NCBI GenBank assembly: GCA_951406725.2
Contig: OX597823.1
Location: forward strand, 51,274,001 to 51,338,000
Direction of reading: 5' to 3'
From: Octopus vulgaris
Lineage: Eukaryota
DNA length: 64,000 nt
This document shows positions 41,611 to 57,825 of this stretch, in pieces (the first letter of the stretch is position 1; the number at the start of each line of letters is the position of its first letter). The notes below the pieces were generated by a model. That model was not told the DNA's origin. It was given only the letters and a program-made list of their open reading frames with translations, and did not search any database. A program made the position numbers and the translations under genes.

Positions 41611-42544
41611 GACGTAATTTGAGTTCTTTCGTTGTTTAAAGCGAAACGCATTGAAAATATATGATAAATTACTTTCTGTTAAATGGTATCCAACAGCAAT
41701 CCAATTAGACTGACAGACCCGATACAAACAAACGAATAGCATTAAGGAAAGAGAAAATAAAAATTATTGTGCTGTACTTGTTTCGCAATTGATTTTAATC
41801 GTTTTAGATAGACGGGAAATAAAAGGAATATATTGATTTCTCTTGGCTAGATACAACATTTCAGATAAGTAAACGAATAAAAATTGGAGTTTTTGACGTT
41901 TATGCATTTTAAAGACGCCTCATCAGCCGGGAGTAGAGTAAAATAACTTGAACAAGATTTGAAACCAAAGTACACATATTGTAGATAAAAAGACTTTAAG
42001 GTCCGGGAGGGCCAAATTCACGATATAATAAGTTCGGTTCTAATCGACGCCATTTCAAATATTTTACTTTGATAACGCTACAAACTGACAGCTCACTTAG
42101 CACCAATATTTTAGGATGGTTGATTATATTTCCTCGGGTATTTGATATATATTTTACTTATTGGGTTACAATATATGAAAAGCTATGTTGAGTTCAATGA
42201 GATTTGAACTTGCAAAGTATAAAACAAGCGTAACAAAATACTAGAAGTGAATTTGTTAACCACCTACCACGTTCCTACAAATATACAATAATAATTTTTT
42301 TAAATGGAATAAAATAAAATAAAATGAATTTCAAACGTTAATTTGCAGTTAATTCAAAACATTGTCTATTTGAGCTTCATAAGGGAGAAACGAGGTTTTA
42401 GAAGGGCCTATTTTAAATTATGCGAATTAAATTCATACCTTGGTTTCGATCATCGACTGGTGCCGTTTAAGGCATGGTCATAAAAAAATTCCAGTATCGT
42501 AATTATAGAACCTTTCTGCTTTGTGAAAAGAAAAGAAATAATGT

Positions 42545-42706
42545 TTTCTTTTCTACTCTAGGCACAAAACTCGAAATTTTGGGAGAGGGGGGCCAGTCGA
42601 TTAGATCGACCCCAGTACACAACTGCTACTTAATTTATCCATCTCGGAAGGATAAAAGGCAAAGTCGACCTCGGAGGAATGTGAACTCAGAACGTAAAGA
42701 CAGATG
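42545..42706 (-). mobile_element. SINE family A, truncated
   Basis: GATTAGATCGACCCCAGT and AAGGCAAAGTCGACCTCGG. Confidence 0.8.
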
Positions 42707-43171
42707 TAAAAAGAAAATAATACAAGAATATGTGGCAAACATAGCGGTGGAAAACGAAAATCTGACCAATTTTATTCGGAATATGGTTTCGAACGCCCCT
42801 TGAAACGGGTTAATTTCTTTTGAAAAGTCATGAACAGTTTAAATACGGAACTTTCATATAAGTCCAAAGTGCCAAGGCATTAGCTTGGCTGACATATTCA
42901 AAGTTCCGATTTCAAAATTACGCATTCGATCCCTCTCCGCAGTACTTAAGGGAAGTCTCTTTTGCGTTAGCCTCAAGTTAGTTAATGCCTTATCAGTAAA
43001 ATTTAGTCGTCATAAACTGCACAGGAGTCTGTCAGATCTCTCTCTCTCTCTCTCTCTCACTCTCTCTCTATCTCTCTTTGTATGTATGTATGTATGTATG
43101 TATGTATGTATGTATGTATGTATGTATGTATGTATGTGTGTATGTATGTATGTATGTACGTATATATGGGC

Positions 43172-43620
43172 GACCAGCAGTCGCCCATGCATACCAGCGT
43201 TCCCTCTTCACGACATCGATGTTATCCAAGAGAAAGGCAAAGGGTGATTCAGCTTGGTACCAGTGGCGTCACAACTCATTTCGACACTGAGTGAACGGGA
43301 GCAACGTGAAACAAAGTGATTTGCTCAACAAACCAAAACACAGCCTGGTCCGGGAATCGAACTCAATACCTCATCATTGTGAACCCGACGCTCTAGTCAC
43401 TGAGCCATGCACTTTCACATGGTGAGGGGTGGCTGGTATGCATGGGCGACTGCTGGTCTTCCATCAACAACGTCACTCGTACTTGTGTCTCGGAGGGTAG
43501 CTTCTAGCTGCAATCCCTTGGTCATTCATAACCGAAGTGGGACGAAGTGTTTTGCTCAAGAACATAACGCTCTTACGATTGTGGATGCCTCAACCTAACC
43601 GCCTGGTCATGCTCCCTCAC
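43172..43620. mobile_element. SINE C variant: inverted head/body (43172-43419) joined to a sense tail (43421-43541), then a head remnant
   Basis: tRNA-like head on the minus strand. Perfect inverted repeat GACCAGCAGTCGCCCATGCATACCAGC / GCTGGTATGCATGGGCGACTGCTGGTC. Confidence 0.75.
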
Positions 43621-46131
43621 TACACACACACACACACACACACACGAGTGTGTGTATTTGTGCATGTTTATGTGTTTGTGTATGTATAATTGTATATATG
43701 CAAATAGGTAGGTAGGTCACATAAAATGTAAATATTGTCGGGAAAACAAAAACAAAAAAACCCAGCTTCTGCGATATCCTCACAACTATAATTGCGCAGA
43801 TACTCTAGTCTTCATATACGCGGTGACTGACCCGTTGAAAATTTACTCGTAACGTCTATATCTGTAAAATCGGAATGAAATACTTCCGTTTAGGAATCAA
43901 ACCCAGACTAAGTATTCGATATAATTATTGGACTAAACGTAAGGATAAATAGTTCGAAGAAATGTAATCATATTAAAAACTTAAGTCAGACATTAAACAT
44001 GTTTACAATATACTGTATAAGTGATGTCATGAAATCTTGGATTCGCACGTTTTAATAGCTTTATAATCTATTTATTGCGTAGTTGTGCTTGTTTTAAGAA
44101 GTTCCATCACGATACTATAAATGATCTGTTGTCGCTCTCACATTTATTGCATATTAACACTATTGCAGAGGGAAGGAATCGCAACTTCACACTTCTCCAA
44201 AACAAAAATAGGAATCTCGTTTCATACATACATACATACATACATACACACACACACACGCACACATACACGCACACGCATATATATTCGCTGAATATAA
44301 TAAGAATACATTGCATGATGTTCTCGGTAACACATCTCAATACTTGCTTTAGGCATAAACTGTCGGATGTTGTAAGAGTTGAAACCTATAGATGAATTTC
44401 TATGACACTTCAAACAAATTTCCAATGAATTCAAACAAAACTGATTAAGATGGTATTGGACTTGCCTTTTCAGTTTAATTGTCCTTATGTTAACAAATTA
44501 ATACGCTGGAAACCATCAAGAATGTGCTTTACTAATAACGTTCCAATGTTGTAATGTCCTATTGTATGAATCTGCACTGCACTTTCATAGCGATCATAGC
44601 CAACTGTTTAATTGTATCCCAGCAAAACAATATAGAAATTTGACTGAAGGAAGAACATTTCAGTTATGCGAAAGTGTTATTATTTATCATTTTTAGAGTC
44701 TGATTGAAGCTGAAGGACAATTAATATTTGAAATGGAGGTAAATTATCATAGCTTCTCGCCAATATAGAAATATTTCCTTCGTGTTGTTGAAAATTTTCC
44801 ATAAAACTAGATATACTTATATTGTTATTCTTAATAAATTGTAAACAACTTCTTTATATGAAAACAAAAATAATATTTTGCAGGATATCCGAGCCTGCTG
44901 TATCCTTTCTGACTACATTTTCTCAAGGAAATTCCAATTCTTAAAACGCATTAAGCTCCGAAGGAATAATTCTGACAGTTGCACATATACAGATGCGCTT
45001 TTGTTACTCTTTTGCATTTATTTTTATGTTAGGCATACAAAATATGTTTGGTGGAGACAAAATATAGATTAAATATACATACACGTTTATAGAAAGTTTA
45101 GTTGTGTAAGAATGTAACCACGGTATTGGCACAAAATATTTGATTTGTAAGATATAGCATATATTAAGTAAAGACATAACACTTTTGTTTGATTGAAGAT
45201 AATTGAGAGCATACAAGTAAGTTAACATAAGAGTGGAAAATTAAACATAAACATATATAGTCACAAACACATATAAATTCACACATACATGTACTCACAT
45301 AAGACACGCATACACAGATACACACAGACACGGACACACACAAACACACGTTCGTCATATTCTACATAAAGACTATTAGATTAAATTAGACATCTGCGTA
45401 TCATACTTAATGCAAATATATTACAAAAGACGGTATTCGTCTCGAGATAATATCTCGTATGAATTAACTGTGTTTAAAAGCACAAATATATCAGAAGCAG
45501 AAGATATTCGTCCAGCAGCAGTGGTGGAAGGCCAGACGCATGTTTCTGTAAACGCGGCATTCAACATGTATTAAATTTCTTATTCCACTTTAAAATATAT
45601 CGGTACCATCGTCGAAGGCAGATTCTAATGTGACACGATAAATCAAACGAGACGTCTTCTTCCCAAACTCTAACCGTCAGCCACCGTGATTCGAAGATGG
45701 TAAACATAGCCGTTTTCTTTGTGCTCAATGTCGCGAAGGAGGTAGAAGACCAAAGCTAGGATGTGTCAAACGTGGTCAAAATGAACAACCTTCGAACGTC
45801 ATTGAGACGATCGGGCTTTTTCAGCAGCGCCAAGATATCAAACTTGACAAATTTTTCTTAGTTGAGAGATTCAGACAAGCAGTTATAAATGTAGCATTGT
45901 CCTCTCATCATAGATGTGAGATAAATGAGAACGTCATGAATATATCTTGAGAAGGGAGAAGTGCTTGATTATGTGACATTAAAAATTATGTTCGTGTCAA
46001 TATCTTCTGATCTTAAATACCACGTACTTTTTTTACACACTTATGTCTCTCTATATATATATACACACATCTCTCTCTCTCCCTCTCTCTCTTTCTCTCT
46101 CTCTCCCTCTCTGTCTCTATATATACATATG

Positions 46132-46207
<76 letters not shown>

Positions 46208-46698
46208 CACATACAAACATACACACATATAATATATATATATAGTATATATAATAATATAACATAACATCACATTTTATAATATAATATCATAATATAT
46301 TATAACATACACAGATATATATGTAGGTGGGTGTTTATCGTTTGATGTGTTCTCCTCGTATCAATTGCTTCGAAATAAAATATAAAGAAGTGCGAAACTT
46401 TCTCATAATTTAGGATTTTATTTTCCGTTTTAGCTCGTACATTTGATAATACTCTTATTGCAATCACGAAATTAATGAAACATCCTATATTTAGTTATTG
46501 ATTCTAAGAATTGAGTTCTTGAATTTTTCAGTGTTATACATAATTAATACTAGTCTATTGATTCGAATTTTCCTAAGGTTTCAATAAATTGTTTTACTCC
46601 CTACGTCATCAATAGGCAAAATAAAAAGACAGAAATTAAATAGAGAGAGAGAGAGAGAGAGAGAGGTGGGAGAGAGAGAGAGCGGAGAGAGAGAGAAC

Positions 46699-47470
46699 TG
46701 TCACTCATCGGATACGACGACGAGTTTTTCAGTTGGTCCGACGAACGGAATACTGTGCTCGTGAAATTGGCGTGCAAGTGACCGAGCACTTCATAGACAC
46801 ATGTTATCTAAGTAGAGACTTCAAACTTGAAATCTTCAAAGCCACAGTCGAACCAATTTTACTATATGGCTCAGAAACCTGGACGTTATCAAAGAAGGTT
46901 GAGAGGCGGTTGGATGGAACCTACACTCGCCTTCTTATAAGAGCTCAAAATCTCTCGTGGAAGCGCCATCCAACCAAAATGTAAATATATGGGAAACTAC
47001 CACCTGTGTCATCTCTTGTGAAAGGTAAGAGAGTCCAGTTTGCTGGACATTGTTGTAGAGCTGAAAATGAGGTAATTTCTACTCTTCTCCTCTGGAAGCC
47101 ATCTACTCACAATACCAGAGGGCGCACACTCTCCTACCCTGATGTAATCTCCAGGGATACAGGCATCCAGTAACAGGACCTCCGTAATGCCATGATGGAC
47201 CGTGAAGTCTGGCGTAGCATGGTAAATTGCACTGTCTCGACCACGGTCGAACAATGATGATGATGATTCTAAACGTAGTTCTCTGGGAGATTTAGCGTGA
47301 CACAGTATGGTCCTTTGAATTACAGGTACAACGCGTGTTTGCCAGCTGAGTTGACTTTAGCAACGTGAAATAAAGCGTCTTGCTCAAGGAAAGAAAGCAC
47401 TGCCGGGAATCGAACTCACGACCTTACGATCGTGGATAAAATACCTCAACTACTACGCCACTCGCGTTCA
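46699..47470 (-). mobile_element. SINE family C (long tail) interrupted by an RTE insertion
   Basis: 46699-46804 and 47267-47470 join into the same sequence order as 11690-12010. Confidence 0.8.
46805..47266 (+). mobile_element. RTE-clade LINE, 5'-truncated 3' fragment
   Basis: KLEIFKATVEPILLYGSETWTLSKK, RVQFAGHCCR, LLLWKP, MMDREVWR in one frame with two premature stops, then a (TGA)n tail. Confidence 0.9.
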
Positions 47471-47599
47471 CTCAAGTTTCAAGAAATCCCTCACTTAATT
47501 TTTTGATAAAGCCTATGCACTTCTCATGAAGATTTCATGTGGAAATAGAAAGATAATTCCTTGTGGTTTCCGTTCAGGATTAACTGACAATATCCGACT

Positions 47600-47900
47600 T
47601 TTACTTATTTCATTCGTTGGATTACGATCATACTGGGGCACCGTCTGGAAGGGTTTAGTCGAACGAATAGATCTCATTTTAAGTCTCAATCGGTCTCTCT
47701 TTCGCCGAACCGCTAAATTACAGAGATGCAAACAATGCATCACCGGTCGTCAAGAGACAGCGGGAGATAAACATAACGTAAAGACAGCAACATATGCACA
47801 GATGCACACACATGCGTACACAAAGACGTGCGCGCGCACATATATATAAAATGGGATTCTCCAGTTTCCGTCTTCCAAATCCACTAACAAGGCTTTTAAC
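47600..47900 (-). mobile_element. SINE family B (diverged)
   Basis: ATCGGTCTCTCTTTCGCCGAACCGCTAA and CAGTTTCCGTCTTCCAAATCCAC. Confidence 0.75.
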
Positions 47901-48296
47901 CTGAAGCTTTCCCCGGACTATTTACTATTTATCAGGACTTCATCTTGCTGGCTAGTTTCAAACAAGTTCGCCACTCATGTCTACACGCCTCAGACCGTAC
48001 GCAAATGAAACAGATACCGTGAAACAGTTTGTCCAACTCTCTAACGATTTTGCCTGTCAGCCATTTTGTTGTGCTACGCTAAGAGAAACGGATGGCAGTC
48101 AAAATTCGTCGCTGTCATGATTTGAACTCAGTACGTAAAGAGCTGGAAAATATTGCAAGATGGTTTAACCTGTTGTTCTAAAGATTCTGTCACTCTCCCA
48201 CCCTTGTCGATAAATGCCGGTTTGTTCTTCTGAATTTCCACCAACGTCTGTGTTTCTGAAAAGCATTCAAAACTCGAAAATTAGTTTCATTATATC

Positions 48297-48529
48297 TATT
48301 TCTTTACTGCTCACAGGGGCTAAACACAGAGGGGACAAACAAGGACAGACAAACGGATTAAGTCGATTATATCGACCCCAGTGCGTGACTGGTACTTAAT
48401 TTATCGACCTCGAAAGGATGAAAGGCAAAGTCGACCTCGGCGGAATTTGAACCCAGAACGTAACGGCAGACGAAATACTGCTAAGCATTTCGCCTGGCGT
48501 GCTAACGTTTCGGCCAGCTCGGCGCCTTC
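48297..48529 (-). mobile_element. SINE family A, full length and young
   Basis: Close match to 759-990. 17-bp TSD ATTAGTT(T/G)CATTATATC at 48280-48296 and 48530-48546. Confidence 0.9.
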
Positions 48530-49258
48530 ATTAGTTGCATTATATCACCTGTTGATGAACGTTGCAGACGTGCTTACATGTATTTATTTCTTGCCAGATT
48601 ATTTAGATGATAACGATAATGGGCACTTCAATGGGAAATAAATAGAAATGCTGTATATGTGTGTGTGTGTGAGTGTGTGGGTGTAGTCTAGAAAAATACA
48701 AGAGACAGTACATTCTCTTTTTAGTTTCTGGTTGTCGGTTGTTTGTTTCTGACTGAGCACTGGATAACAGCGAGCTACTAACTTTAACTATGGTTAATAA
48801 ATATATAGCCTATGCATAAATTGTATATATCTTCTGATGTATGCAAAAGCTGAAGTACTTTCATCACATGTAAAACGTTAAACTTTTTCTGAACTTCTCC
48901 GGGACACCGGTTCTCATCTATCCCCCTCCCCCCACACAAACGCACACAAACACACACATTCGCCCCCACACACACACATATCCTAGTTTCGGCTCAATAG
49001 CTTACAGTCATACTGGGTACCGTCGTTTATATAAGTATATAAATAAATATATAGGAATATGTGTGTACGTGTGTGTGTGTGTTTGTAAGTATGTGTGTAT
49101 AAACATGCACATACACACGTATAATCATAAAAATGTTTTTGTATACCCATTACATATTTATATTTATATGTATAAATATATATTTATGCATACATATATA
49201 TGTATACATTACATACATTCACACACATGTATATATAATATATACATACATACATACA

Positions 49259-49336
<78 letters not shown>

Positions 49337-52300
49337 CATATATTAATATATATATGTGTCAAAAGAGAGACAGAGGATAAAGAAAAAAGTCCGAGATAGC
49401 ATGAATATCCGATTTAATTTGCCCTCAGGGAATTTGAAATAGTTTCAGCAAGAATTTCTCTTGATTAAAAGAAGAAAGGAAGATAAAGAATAAAGGAAAA
49501 AAAAAAACCCTTTAACCTCAAAATTTTTATTGAAACATTCTTTTTGCACCACAAAAAGCTAATATTTTGTAGACGAATATAATTTCGTGCATGAAATGAA
49601 AGCAATTCACCTTTCTCTGATACCGCTGCATATATATATATATACATACATACAGAGAGAGAAAGACACATAGATACATACATACATACATATATATAAA
49701 TGTATGTGTGTGTTTATGTCTGCCTGTGTGTAACAGACATAATTGAAGCCTAACTACTCTTTTGTGAGAGTATCACACTATCTGAACCCGGATTAGACAC
49801 ATATATTTTAGATTATGTTTTATGATTGATCGTATAAACAAATCTCTTACAAACTTGAGAATATTTGCACTTTTTTCTTTGTTGACGCAAAGCTGCATAA
49901 ACACAGACACGCACACATACACACGCCGCCCACTTCATACACACTGCCCACCTCACACACACTGCCCACCACATACACACACGCACATATATATATATAT
50001 ATATACACACATACACACATTGAGACATTTATATATAAGTCACCGTATCCGTATATATTTTTGTCCAGTATGTGTGAGTGTGCATATATTTTATGCTTGT
50101 AAAAGTTCATGTATATACGTAGGCATAAGCACAGATTTTTCCCATGTGAGTTCGTTATGGTAATAATCTAAGCTAAAGTAGTCACTAAATGTCTCCTTAC
50201 TAATAGTTACTCAGTTCCTACGTGTCTAGAACGTTTAAGTCTCCTCATGAATATGTTGCTTTTTCGCTTTTTATACGCAAATACTAACCATAAAATAGAT
50301 TCTACAGAAAAAAAAGTCAAAAGGCTGATTTTATACCAAACAATAATTGTTTCTTTTGTCGTAAGAAAAGCAAAAATTGTGTTACAAACATCAGTCTATT
50401 TTCGTGTTTTATGATGATTGTTTCCAGATAAAACATCCAGAAAACTCCATTTTGTTTTTTTTTTCTTTTTTGTGCACACTCTTAGAAGCAAAAAGGCAAT
50501 ACTATACAGCGAGAAAATGCTCATTGTAAATATTTTCCTATTTTGCGTTTCTTTTTCTTTCCGCCGATTCCTTCTCACCTCCACAGATACATTTTATTCG
50601 GAATGCTTCACTCGCAGGATACCCATTAATTTTTGTACGATAAATTATATGCTACAACATTGACTCCGTTGCCATATTTTGACAGACAAGTTAGCCGACT
50701 ATTTGTTTGTTGGCTGAATAGAGATGACCGGTTGTTAAATAAGAAATCTGAAAGTTCCTTCTCCTCACGAAACATCTACGTTTTCCTGAATCCTTAGAAA
50801 ACAACATTATTTAACGGTGATTCTAGAATTTTGCCGATGGACATATTTTCATCCAATAACTGGACATGTTAGTATAGGGAGTGCTGAAAGCGACACGGTC
50901 AAAAAAAATACTAGCCTAAATTCCAAATCAAAACTTATCGAAACTTGTAAGAAACTGGAACAATCATTAGGATGAGACGGACACAAGAAGACAGTAAATA
51001 CATGTGAAGTATACAAGTGCTGTATCGGTGTTTCCTAGTGAAAGGTTGGTAGGTGAGATAAACATCACATTGATATGAGAGAAATATAGAGGGTGGTGGG
51101 GTAGAGACTGAGGTGAAGGTAAAGAAAGAAAACAGAATGAAACAGAAAAGAAGATAAAGAACTAGACATTAAGAGAAAAATAAATATACAGAAAGATGTG
51201 GAGATAAAATAAACAGAAAGTGAACCGGAATGATTACCGGGGAAAGAATAAAGAAAAAGAAGCTGATAATAACATCGATGGGAGGCTCCAAGTGAGAAGA
51301 TATTTCCTTGTTATTCGCAAATAATGCCGGTTTGAAGAAAGTGTGATTAGAAGAAAAGTGTGTTATTATAGCCTGCGGCAGTACTAATACAGCAGTCTCA
51401 TTACACCGGTCAGAAACAACATGTTAACACTAGAAATGATGATAAACATATTGGGTCTCAGTAGTGCATGACCTAATGTTTTCTACCAGCAAGCGACTAA
51501 CTACTAGCATGAAATCGGTACTTCCAGAAAGGAAGGAGTCGATATTTTACTCTTGGTTTTGTTATTCTTTTATTTCTCTTTCTAGTTGACCGGATCTTGA
51601 ACAATACATCGAAACATCTAGAGGAAATTACTTTTCTATTTCCTCTACACCACTATTTCCTTTTTTGCCTTTCTTTCTTTTCTGAATGTAATTTAAAACG
51701 AATTTGACACTCATTTTCCTGTTTTTCTTCAATGGTGTTTTTAATTTGAATTCGAAATGTCTGCCTCGGTCAACAAAATCTGCTTGCGGAAGCGGTACAA
51801 GTCAGACTAAGAGGAGGATGTTCGGCACCAGCTGTAGTAGTGTATCCAATTGATCACTCTGATCAGTGTCTTAGGACAACAGCAACAAAATACTTTCAAT
51901 ACTATTTATTTAGAACCTATATCTTTCATCATACATTAACGTAACATGTCTCACGCGTGACAACTGCTAAAACAATACTTAAACAAATGGAATAGCAACA
52001 TTAAAAAGAGGAAAATGCTTGAAAATCAGCGCCATAAATTAAATTCAATAACAGTGGCGATAATAATGATGATAAGAATGAATATTAATATAGGTATAAA
52101 GGCCACATATTGTAGAAGAGGTGTTTCGTCTTTTATATCGATTTCAGTCTCCGACTCGTTCTTGATTTTATCGACCGGTGTATACGGAAATCACAACATA
52201 AAGTGACGTAACTAAACGTTGTTTACAAATTCATCCTGTATCATTTTTGCTTCTACTATCCGCATAAACGAGCTTCACGAAACGTAAAATATTAGATACT

Positions 52301-52667
52301 TACAAAAATAGATAATAAAGGTACTCACAAGGAGTAAAATGACAACTCATATAGGATCAGGCACAATTGACCTGGACTACTTTTCACTCTAAACAATTGT
52401 TCTATCATGCCTTCAACCCCCCCCCCCTGCAGCATCCAAGGACTCTTCTGCTCACGCATTCGAGGTGCGTCACATTAAATTCACCTCTAGGTAGCGTTCC
52501 CTTCAAGAAGAAATTGAAAAATTTAAGAGATTTACCATAATTTCCTTCGTCTTATAAGATCCAGACAGTAGAAAATCCATATATTTATGTCTTTATCTAT
52601 ATGTATCTTTTACATACATACATGCATAGATACACATACGCACATACATGCTTCTGAGTGCGGGTCT

Positions 52668-52713
<46 letters not shown>

Positions 52714-54176
52714 GTGTGGTAACGGAATCGTAGGATTTACGATCCGGCAGAAAAAAGTCTAACATTTAAAAATAATTGTTAAGAAGCAGACTCCGCGAAC
52801 CTGAGGTTTCAGGTCTGTAACACTTCGCAGTACCTTTGACAAATGTCTTTCCAACATTACATTGTGTCGATTCATGGGTCAGAAATGAAATTATGTGGAT
52901 AGAAACTGTGCGGAATCTGGTCGGATGAATTGTGCGTATTGCTCAAATTCCCAGTCTTCTTTGTCATAATGTTATTACGTTAAGATTACACCCGTCAATT
53001 TCTGCCTGTCGAGGTTTGTTGCTATCTTACTGCCTACGTCAAAGAAACTTTGCATATATGTTAAACTAACATCTGGTTTAATAATAGACTGATTGGATTC
53101 CAATAAATATCTATAATGGGGTGTGGGCTATTATTTCATAAAATGAGAATTATGCAAATAGTGTTAGTGCGAGGGAAATGTGATGGCATAGTTAGTGTCG
53201 CTGATATCAGGAAAGGGGAGAAAAGCTTTGTATAAGCGACAAATATGGAGTGGCAGAGGGATGATAGCGTTAATACAGCTGTCGTTCACGTATATATACG
53301 CGAAACTGCATAATATGCTTTCATAAATACATAGATACATGCCTACACACACATAAATACACATGCACATGCACATAATTAACTTTTAAAACCCTGAAGA
53401 ATGGAAAGAAAGTAGAGAGGGGTGGGCGGCTATTCCATCGCAAAGAAACATTGACACACAGTCATACGCGCTCACATACAAACATATATATACATACGTA
53501 TATACATACATATGTCTACTTTACACCATTTTGAACTCGCAATTAGCTATGTGTAAATTTGTAAATGTGTGTGTGTGCGTGTACGTGTGTGTGTGCGTGC
53601 ATGCGTCCGTGTGCGTGCCTCTCTATAACTGTCTGCCTCTCTACTTTTGTAGGCTCTTCCCTGTTGCTGTCACATATTGTGAAATTCTGGTATATTAATA
53701 TGATTTTTTCGCGATAAATCCGATTTTGTCATCTATTTGATCCAGAAGAATTTCAGAAAAACTTTACCGAGGTTTAAAGTTTAATCAATTTTACCTAATC
53801 AGAAAACAGGATTTGAAAGCTGGCATTTTCTGCACTTTAGCTGTCTGTCACAAAATGAAAGCAAATGCAAGGAGGAATTTTTATTACAAAAGCAAAGCAT
53901 TAAAACCACCAAAGTTGTAAGAACTGCTGAAGTTTTTTAAGTTTTAATGAATTAAGTCATGTGAAATGGTCGAAAAGACATGTAAATAATTTAAAAACGA
54001 AAAAATTCTCAACGAAGTTTTTGTGCGAAAACTTTGCAAATGTCTGTCATGTTCAAGAGGCCTATCTGTCGAGGAAAGCATGGTCTGACATGGAATAAAC
54101 AAAAAATTATTTCAGACATTCTATTTTGAAAATTGCCCAGTAAAGACGGATTATTCAACTAGTATATGTATGCATG

Positions 54177-54261
<85 letters not shown>

Positions 54262-54272
<11 letters not shown>

Positions 54273-54500
54273 TGAGAATGTGGGTCTGTCTGTCTGTTGT
54301 CTGTGTGTGTGTTTCCCTAAAACTTGACAACTACACAACCAATTTCATTCAAATTTTACACATGCCTTACTTAGTGTCCGGGGAGTGTCATCGGCAAAAA
54401 AAAAAATATTTTCACCGTTTATACGGAAGCATTTTTATTAGAATGCCTTCGAACTCATTAAAAGTAAAATGGAAGAAATACAAACCTATTTCGGATTGAT
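54262..54500 (+). mobile_element. Non-autonomous Helitron-like 5' region
   Basis: TATATAAAACTGAGAATG, (GTCT)n, AACCAATTTCATTCAAATTTT: the 5' layout typical of animal non-autonomous Helitrons. No matching 3' CTAG end found. Confidence 0.5.
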
Positions 54501-54555
54501 CACCGACAAAGACGGTGAATCTAGGATAACACTAACTAACGAAATAAAAAATTAA

Positions 54556-54920
54556 ATTAAAGAAAAGACTATTGTCTATAAAGTATACGATGGAGAGAAA
54601 AAAAAGATTTGAACACCCGGAGGAAAGCACCATCAAAAAGTGTCTTGGTGCGTCTATGAAAGATATCTAACCAGGGGTGGAAAATACGCCACAATAGAAG
54701 CAAGGTTCGAGTCAACGGAGCGTGCAAGGGAGTACTCGACTCGAACCTTGCAAAGTGGAAATATTTTATTTTTACCTTTATATCTGGGACGTAGGACGTC
54801 CCGGATAAAAATTTAAAATGTCCCCCAAGAAGTAGAGGTAGGCTGGATTGTAGCAACACTTCTATACAGGAGGAAAGACAATATACAATAGATTGAAATT
54901 GCAAGAGGCGGGCCTACAAT
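54556..54920 (+). pseudogene. Probable LINE ORF1 (RRM-like) fragment
   Basis: IKEKTIVYKVYDGEKKRFEHPEESTIKKCL, then after a frameshift YLTRGGKYATIEARFESTERAREYSTRTL...PLYLGRRTSRIKI*NVPQEVEVGWIVATLL. Family assignment is by resemblance only. Confidence 0.45.
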
Positions 54921-55809
54921 TCCAGTCTGTTATATATTTTGAGTATTGTTATCACTAGCGATATCAAGATATAACTTTGTATTTTGTATTTTATGTGTAG
55001 ATGTATATATATAGATGTACATGTAATACGTACACATATATATATATACACATATATACATGCACTAGGACTATGACCCGGCAACACACGCATACACACA
55101 CACACAAACATTCGCATCATGATGCATGTTTAACATAATTAGATATATATATGACTGTGTATGCATAAATGTATATAACGTTATATGTGGATAATACACA
55201 GACACAGACGCGCGCACACACACAAACATACACATACACACATGTACACAAAGATGAACAAAAATGCACGTGCATATTACTAATTAAATAGTAGCATATA
55301 TGCGTGTATACACCTATGTCTGCATACAGGCATGCGTACATAAATGCATACGTTCAAAGAACTATTGTGCATACGTACTGAATGACACTGACACAGCATG
55401 AACTGCGACCGTTGATATTAGCTGTTTCTTTTATCATGCAACGATACTAATCACGTGCATTGAGAAAGATCTCTGGACCAAGGCATGTGAAAAACACAGG
55501 ACGTGGGGGAAAAATACAAACTTTCTTTTGATACAGTATCCTTGTTTGTCTGAAAAACTTTTACAGAAAACAAAAAAAAAAAAACATGAAATATTACTGC
55601 TTGGCAGTTATAAGTTATAGTAAACTAGTGCAATATGTTATACAGTATCGTAGTGTAAGTGAGGTGTGATTGTGTGGTAGAATAACGGGTTGTGGTTGAA
55701 GTTAAAATATTTTTCAGAATTCAAGTGATGTGAATTTTACGCCATCTTGTTGCAGTTTTCACATACTTTTAACATATCAAATGTATGATATGTTATCTCT
55801 TATTTTTCG

Positions 55810-57000
<1,191 letters not shown>

Positions 57001-57104
57001 TAGATAGATTGATAGACAGATAGAGTGACATATAGATATTTATATACATACACATATACACTCATTCTCACATACATACACACACACATATGAAAGATGG
57101 ACAT

Positions 57105-57360
57105 GGAAATAGAACAGAAGTAAGTCTACGACATTTCAATTTAAGAGGGAATTTAATAAAACTGAATTTAAAAATCATATGAAGAAAATTTTACCGGTAG
57201 ACTTTAAAAAAAATATAGTTTGATATAGAATTCAAAGTATGAGAGAGTGAGAGAAGAGGTGTCTATTTTCTAAAAGAAATCTTTGTACGTTCCAGCCAAG
57301 GGAGTCGCTAAAAAGCGTTTATTGAATGTATTTTATGTTTCCTTGTGTGTATGAGTGTAT

Positions 57361-57409
<49 letters not shown>

Positions 57410-57730
57410 TGCGTGTGTGAATTGTGCTAAATGTCCTTTCAATGTGTTTGGAAATTGACCAGCTGCGAGCTGATAGGTGTACATGTTGTGATGTCTTCTT
57501 GAAGAAAGAACTAGGATTTTCCTTTGAGTTAGGTGTATTCTATTTTACTTCAACTTTTTATAAAATTTTTTAAGATGATAAGATAAGATTCTTATCATTC
57601 GAATGATAAGAATCTTATTCGAGATTCATCGAAACCGGTAATATTTTCTTTATATAATTTTTAAAATCATCTTTATTAAATTCCCTCTTAAATTGATATG
57701 TCTTAGACTTTCTTGTGTGCTATTTCTACC
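57105..57730. mobile_element. Inverted pair of hammerhead mini-element arms (57105-57235 minus, 57535-57730 plus)
   Basis: CAATTTAAGAGGGAATTTAATAAA / TTTATTAAATTCCCTCTTAAATTG. Plus arm aaaattt-TTTAAGA-(long hairpin)-GAAACCGGTA-atatttt. Confidence 0.75.
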
Positions 57731-57784
57731 TCAATGTCTTAAATATAAAAATTTGATTTGTATTGATCTCTACTGTTTTTTAAG

Positions 57785-57825
<41 letters not shown>

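Noticed and set aside
45690-45950. About 85-codon open frame (FEDGKHSRFLCAQCRE...)
   Set aside because: No early start codon, clear splice sites or recognisable homology.
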